The notes under the pieces were generated by a model, which ran no database searches, was not told the DNA's origin, and saw nothing but the letters and a program-made list of their open reading frames with translations. This document shows, piece by piece, positions 57,301 through 64,000 of a stretch of DNA of 64,000 bases. Within the stretch, counting starts at the first letter, position 1. Every line of letters starts with the position of its first letter. The stretch comes from the human T2T-CHM13v2.0 reference genome, Homo sapiens. The stretch lies in NCBI RefSeq assembly GCF_009914755.1, contig NC_060935.1; one strand, given 5' to 3'. Position numbers and translations under genes: made by a program.

Positions 57301-58546
57301 AAACTTCTTTGTGATGTTTGCATTCAACTCACAGAGTTGAACCTTGCTTTCATAGTTCAGCTTTCAAACACTCTTTTTGTAGAATCTGCAAGTGGATATT
57401 TGGACCACTTTGTGGCCTTCCTTCGAAACGGGTATATCTTCACATCAAACCTAGACAGAAGCATTCTCAGAATGTTTCCTGTGATGACTGCATTCAACTC
57501 ACAGAGGTGAACAATCCTGTTGATGGAGCAGTTTTGAAACTCTCTTTCTTTGGATTCTGCAAGTGGATATGTGGACCTCTGGGAAGATTTCGTTGGAAAC
57601 GGGTTCATCTTCACAGAAAAACTAAACAGGAGCATTCTCAGAAACTGCTTTGTGATGTTTGTGTTCCACTTCAAGAATTGAACTTTCCTCTTGACAGAGG
57701 AGCTCTGAAACCCTCTTTTTCTAGAATCTGCAAGTGGACATTTGGAGGGCTTTGAGGCCTGTGGTGGAAAAGGAAAATCTTCACATAAAAACTAGATGGA
57801 AGCATTCTCAGAAACTACTCTGTGATGATTGCATTCGACTCACAGAGTTGAACATTCCTATAGATAGAGCAGGTTGTAAACAATCTTTTTGTAGAATCTG
57901 CGATTGGAGATTTGGACTGCTTTGAGGCCTACTGTAGTAAAGGAAATAACTTCATCTAAAAACGAAACCGAAGTATTCACAGACAATTCTTAGTGATCAT
58001 TGCATTGAACTAACAGAGCTGAACATTCCTTTAGATGGCGCAGTTTCCAAACACACTTTCTGTAGAATCTGCAAGTGGATATTTGGACCTCTCTGAGGAT
58101 TTCGTTGGAATCGGGATAAACTTCCCAGAACTACACGGAAGCATTCTGAGAAACTTCTTTGTGATGTTTGCATTCAACTCACAGAGTTGAACCTTGCTTT
58201 CATAGTTCAGCTTTCAAACACTCTTTTTGTAGAATCTGCAAGTGGATATTTGGACCACTTTGTGGCCTTCCTTCGAAACGGGTATATCTTCACATCAAAC
58301 CTAGACAGAAGCATTCTCAGAATGTTCCTGTGATGACTGCATTCAACTCACAGTAGTGAACAATCCTGTTGATGGAGCCGTTTTGAAACTCCCTTTCTTT
58401 TGATTCTGCAAGTGGATATGTGGACCTCTGTGAAGATTTCGTTGGAAACGGGTTCATCTTCACAGAAAAATTAACAGGAGCATTCTCAGAAACTGCTTTG
58501 TGATGTTTGTGTTCCACTTCAAGAATTGAACTTTCCTCTTGACAGA
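48354..58546 (+). repeat. Near-perfect tandem duplication of a 6-HOR (~5098 bp) block
   Basis: ORF variant pairs 48821/53919, 50087/55185, 50560/55658 and 51371/56469 at offset 5098. After a 1-bp deletion near 57233 the offset is 5097 (52221/57318, 53071/58168). Confidence 0.95.
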
Positions 58547-61500
58547 GCAGCTGTGAAACCCTCTTTTTCTAGAATCTGCAAGTGGACATTTGGAGGGCTT
58601 TGAGGCCTGTGTTGGAAAAGGAAAATCTTCCCATAAAAACTAGATGGAAGCATTCTCAGAAACTACTTTGTGATGATTGCATTCGACTCACAGAGTTGAA
58701 CATTCCTATAGATAGAGCAGGTTGTAAACAATCTTTTTGTAGAATCTGCGATTGGAGATTTGGACTGCTTTGAGGCCTACTGTAGTAAAGGAAATAACTT
58801 CATCTAAAAACCAAACGGAAGCATTCACAGACAATTCTTAGTGATCATTGGATTGAACAAACAGAGCTGAACATTCCTTTAGATAGAGCAGTTTCCAAAC
58901 ACACTTTCTGTAGAATCTGCAAGTGGATATTTGGACTTCTCTGAGGATTTCGTTGGAAACGGGATAAACTTCCCAGAACTACACGGAAGCATTCTGAGAA
59001 ACTTCTTTGTGATGTTTGCATTCAACTCACAGAGTTGAACCTTGCTTTCATAGTTCAGCTTTCAAACACTCTTTTTGTAGAATCTGCAAGTGGATATTTG
59101 GACAACTTTGTGGCCTTCCTTCGAAACGGTTATATCTTCACATCAAAGCTAGACAGAAGCAGTCTCAGAATGTTTCCTGTGATGACTGCATTCAACTCAC
59201 AGAGGTGAACAATCCTGTTGATGGAGCAGTTTTGAAACTCTCTTTCTTTGGATTCTGCAAGTGGATATGTGGACCTCTGTGAAGATTTCGTTGGAAACGG
59301 GTTCATCTTCACAGAAAAACTAAACAGGAGCATTCTCAGAAACTGCTTTGTGATGTTTGTGTTCCACTTCAAGAAATGAACTTTCCTCTTGACAGAGCAG
59401 CTCTGAAACCCTCTTTTTCTAGAATCTGCAAGTGGACATTTGGAGGGCTTTGAGGCCTGTGGTGGAAAGGAAAATCTTCACATAAAAACTGGATGGAAGC
59501 ATTCTCAGAAACTACTCTGTGATGATTGCATTCGACTCACAGAGTTGAACATTCCTATAGATAGAGCAGGTTGTAAACAATCTTTTTGTAGAATCTGGGA
59601 TTGGAGATTTGGACTGCTTTGAGGCCTACTGTAGTAAAGGAAATAACTTCATCTAAAAACCAAACGGAAGCATTCACAGACAATTCTTAGTGATCATTGG
59701 AATGAACTAACAGAGCTGAACATTCCTTTAGATGGAGCAGTTTCCAAACACACTTTCTGTAGAATCTGCAAGTGGATATTTGGACCTCTCTGAGGATTTC
59801 GTTGGAAACGGGATAAATTTCCCAGAACTACACGGAAGCATTCTGAGAAACTTCTTTGTGATGTTTGCATTCAACTCACAGAGTTGAACCTTGCTTTCAT
59901 AGTTCAGCTTTCAAACACTCTTTTTGTAGAATCTGCAAGTGGATATTTGGACCACTTTGTGGCCTTCCTTCGAAACGGGTATATCTTCACATCAAACCTA
60001 GACAGAAGCATTCTCAGAATGTTTCCTGTGATGACTGCATTCAACTCACAGAGGTGAACAATCCTGTTGATGGAGCAGTTTTGAAACTCTCTTTCTTTGG
60101 ATTCTGCAAGTGGATATGTGGACCTCTGTGAAGATTTCGTTGGAAACGGGTTCATCTTCACAGAAAAACTAAACAGGAGCATTCTCAGAAACTGCTTTGT
60201 GATGTTTGTGTTCCACTTCAAGAATTGAACTTTCCTCTTGACAGAGCAGCTCTGAAACCCTCTTTTTCCAGAATCTGCAAGTGGACATTTGGAGGGCTTT
60301 GAGGCCTGTGGTGGAAAAGGAAAATCTTCACATAAAAACTAGATGGAAGCATTCTCAGAAACTACTCTGTGATGATTGCATTCGACTCACAGAGTTGAAC
60401 ATTCCTATAGATAGAGCAGGTTGTAAACAATCTTTTTGTAGAATCTGGGATTGGAGATTTGGACTGCTTTGAGGCCTACTGTAGTAAAGGAAATAACTTC
60501 ATCTAAAAACCAAACGGAAGCATTCACAGAGAATTCTTAGTGATCATTGGAATGAACTAACAGAGCTGAACATTCCTTTAGATGGAGCAGTTTCCAAACA
60601 CACTTTCTGTAGAATCTGCAAGTGGATATTTGGACCTCTCTGAGGATTTCGTTGGAAACGGGATAAATTTCCCAGAACTACACGGAAGCATTCTGAGAAA
60701 CTTCTTTGTGATGTTTGCATTCAACTCACAGAGTTGAACCTTGCTTTCATAGTTCAGCTTTCAAACACTCTTTTTGTAGAATCTGCAAGTGGATATTTGG
60801 ACCACTTTGTTGCCTTCCTTCGAAACGGGTATATCTTCACATCAAACCTAGACAGAAGCATTCTCAGAATGTTTCCTGTGATGACTGCATTCAACTCACA
60901 GAGGTGAACAATCCTGTTGATGGAGCAGTTTTGAAACTCTCTTTCTTTGGATTCTGCAAGTGGATATGTGGACCTCTGTGAAGATTTCGTTGGAAACGGG
61001 TTCATCTTCACAGAAAAACTAAACAGGAGCATTCTCAGAAACTGCTTTGTGATGTTTGTGTTCCACTTCAGGAATTGAACTTTCCTCTTGACAGAGGAGC
61101 TCTGAAACCCTCTTTTTCTAGAATCTGCAAGTGGACATTTGGAGGGCTTTGAGGCCTGTGGTGGAAAAGGAAAATCTTCACATAAAAACTAGATGGAAGC
61201 ATTCTCAGAAACTACTCTGTGATGATTGCATTCGACTCACAGAGTTGAACATTCCTATAGATAGAGCAGGTTGTAAACAATCTTTTTGTAGAATCTGCGA
61301 TTGGAGATTTGGACTGCTTTGAGGCCTACTGTAGTAAAGGAAATAACTTCATCTAAAAACGAAACGGAAGCATTCACAGACAATTCTTAGTGATCATTGC
61401 ATTGAACTAACAGAGCTGAACATTCCTTTAGATGGCGCAGTTTCCAAACACACTTTCTTTAGAATCTGCAAGTGGATATTTGGACCTCTGTGAGGATTTC

Positions 61501-64000
61501 GTTGGAAACGGGATAAACTTCCCAGAACTACACGGAAGCATTCTGAGAAAATTCTTTGTGATGTTTGCATTCAACTCACAGAGTTGAACCTTGCTTTCAT
61601 AGTTCAGCTTTCAAACACTGTTTTTGTAGAATCTGGAAGTGGATATTTGGACCACTTTGTGGCCTTCCTTCGAAACGGGTATATCTTCACATCAAACCTA
61701 GACAGAAGCATTCTCAGAATGTTTCCTGTGATGACTGCATTCAACTCACAGAGGTGAACAATCCTGTTGATGGAGCAGATTTGAATCTCTCTTTCTTTGG
61801 ATTCTGCAAGTGGATATGTGGACCTCTGTGAAGATTTCGTTGGAAACGGGTTCATTTTCACAGAAAAACTAAACAGAAGCATTCTCAGAAACTGCTTTGT
61901 GATGTTTGTGTTCCACTTCAAGAATTGAACTTTCCTCTTGACAGAGCAGCTCTGAAACCCTCTTTTTCTAGAATGTGCAAGTGGACATTTGGAGGGCTTT
62001 GAGGCCTGTGGTGGAAAAGGAAAATCTTCACATAAAAACTAGATGGAAGCATTCTCAGAAACTACTTTGTGATGATTATATTCGACTCACAGAGTTGAAC
62101 ATTCCTATAGATAGAGCAGGTTGTAAACAATCTTTTTGTAGAATCTGCGATTGGAGATTTGGACTGCTTTGAGGCCTACTGTAGTAAAGGAAATAACTTC
62201 ATCTAAAAACCAAACGGAAGCATTCACAGACAATTCTTAGTGATCATTGGATTGAACTAACAGAGCTGAACATTCCTTTAGATGGGGCAGTTTCCAAACA
62301 CACTTTCTGTAGAATCTGCAAGTGGATATTTGGACTTCTCTGAGGATTTCGTTGGAAACGGGATAAACTTCCCAGAACTACACGGAAGCATTCTGAGAAA
62401 CTTCTTTGTGATGTTTGCATTCAACTCACAGAGTTGAACCTTGCTTTCATAGTTCAGCTTTCAAACACTCTTTTTGTAGAATCTGCAAGTGGATATTTGG
62501 ACCACTTTGTGGCCTTCCTTTGAAACGGGTATATCTTCACATCAAACCTAGACAGAAGCATTCTCAGAATGTTTCCTGTGATGACTGCATTCAACTCACA
62601 GAGGTGAACAATCCTGCTGATGGAGCAGTTTTGAAACTCTCTTTCTTTGGATTCTGCAAGTGGATATGTGCACCTCTGTGAAGATTTCGTTGGAAACGGG
62701 TTCATCTTCACAGAAAAACTAAACAGAAGCATTCTCAGAAACTGCTTTGTGATGTTTGTGTTCCACTTCAAGAATTGAACTTTCCTCTTGACAGAGCAGC
62801 TCTGAAACCCTCTTTTTCTAGAATCTGCAAGTGGACATTTGGAGGGCTTTGAGGCCTGTGGGGGAAAAGGAAAATCTTCACATAAAAACTAGATGGAAGC
62901 ATTCTCAGAAACTACTTTGTGATGATTGCATTCGACTCACAGAGTTGAACATTCCTATAGATAGAGCAGGTTGTAAACAATTTTTTGTAGAATCTGCGAT
63001 TGGAGATTTGGACTGCTTTGAGGCCTACTGTAGTAAAGGAAATAACTTCATCTAAAAACCAAACGGAAGCATTCACAGACAATTCTTAGTGATCATTGGA
63101 TTGAACTAACAGAGCTGAACATTCCTTTAGATGGAGCAGTTTCCAAACACACTTTCTGTAGAATCTGCAAGTGGATATTTGGACCTCTCTGAGGATTTCG
63201 TTGGAAACGGGATAAACTTACCAGAACTACACGGAAGCATTCTGAGAAACTTCTTTGGATGTTTGCATTCAACTCACAGAGTTGAACCTTGCTTTCATAG
63301 TTCAGCTTTCAAACACTCTTTTTGTAGAATCTGCAAGTGGATATTTGGACCACTTTGTGGCCTTCCTTCGAAACGGGTATATCTTCACATCAAACCTAGA
63401 CAGAAGCATTCTCAGAATGTTTCCTGTGATGACTGCATTCAACTCACAGAGGTGAACGATCCTTCTGATGGAGCAGTTTTGAAACTCTCTTTCTTTGGAT
63501 TCTGCAAGTGGATATGTGGACCTCTGTGAAGATTTCGTTGGAAACGGGTTCATCTTCACAGAGAAACTAAACAGGAGCATTCTCAGAAACTGCTTTGTGA
63601 TGTTTGTGTTCCACTTCAAGAATTGAACTTTCCTCTTGACAGAGCAGCTCTGAAACCCTCTTTTTCTAGAATCTGCAAGTGGACATTTGGAGGGCTTTGA
63701 GGCCTGTGGTGGAAAAGGAAAATCTTCACATAAAAACTAGATGGAAGCATTCTCAGAAACTACTCTGTGATGATTGCATTCGACTCACGGAGTTGAACAT
63801 TCCTATAGATAGAGCAGGTTGTAAACAATCTTTTTGTAGAATCTGCGATTGGAGATTTGGACTGCTTTGAGGCCTACTGTAGTAAAGGAAATAACTTCAT
63901 CTAAAACCAAACGGAAGCATTCACAGACAATTCTTAGTGATCATTGCATTGAACTAACAGAGCTGAACATTCCTTTAGATGGCGCAGTTTCCAAACACAC

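Larger units (their letters stand above)
1..64000 (+). repeat. Alpha-satellite HOR array, 5-mer 850 bp unit, ~75 copies; most likely human chr11 D11Z1 (SF3)
   Basis: Typical alphoid motifs throughout (CATTCTCAGAAACT, TTTGTGATG, GAATCTGCAAGTGGATATTTGG, CENP-B boxes). The artefactual MDIWRALRP ORF recurs every 850 bp (3342, 4192, 5042 ... 63679). One TCTAGA per typical unit. Alphoid HOR identity is certain; the chr11/D11Z1 assignment relies on recalled knowledge of the 0.85 kb XbaI pentamer (~0.8). Confidence 0.97.

Noticed and set aside
245-63870. All ORFs in the six-frame track (60-145 aa) as protein-coding genes
   Set aside because: They recur every 850 bp on both strands, overlap, mostly start at TTG/GTG, and repeat internally at the monomer period. 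They open or close with random SNPs and 1-bp deletions. These are typical alphoid translation artefacts.
1-64000. CRISPR-like or other repeat-spacer system
   Set aside because: The sequence between conserved motifs is itself repeated. There are no unique spacers and no cas or other genes.
1-64000. L1/Alu insertion, inversion or HOR structural variant with a different monomer number
   Set aside because: Unit spacing stays 848-850 bp throughout on one strand; no poly-A, target-site duplication or foreign sequence was seen.
1-64000. Other SF3 arrays (D1Z7 11-mer, DXZ1 12-mer, D17Z1 16-mer)
   Set aside because: Near-identity occurs at a 5-monomer lag, which does not fit those unit lengths.
1-64000. 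Calling this the active kinetochore (CDR) site
   Set aside because: That is defined by CENP-A occupancy and hypomethylation, which cannot be read from sequence.

Overview
The whole 64 kb window is one uninterrupted head-to-tail array of primate centromeric alpha-satellite DNA. About 171 bp monomers are grouped into a 5-monomer, 850 bp higher-order repeat (HOR), repeated about 75 times in one orientation. An 850 bp pentamer with one XbaI site per unit and a B-B-B-A-A box pattern best fits the human chromosome 11 live array D11Z1 (suprachromosomal family 3). That assignment is from recall, not a database search. I see no genes, transposon insertions, inversions or monomer-number variants, and all listed ORFs are repeat artefacts. 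The information lies in the single-base variants. They show nested local amplifications of 2, 3, 4 and 6 HORs, dispersed duplications 11 and 13 HORs apart, and a possible ~62.9 kb (74-HOR) macro-repeat. They also show a left/right asymmetry in CENP-B box integrity: about 30 broken boxes in 1-40.6 kb and none seen in 40.6-64 kb. All comparisons were made by eye, so boundaries and counts are approximate.
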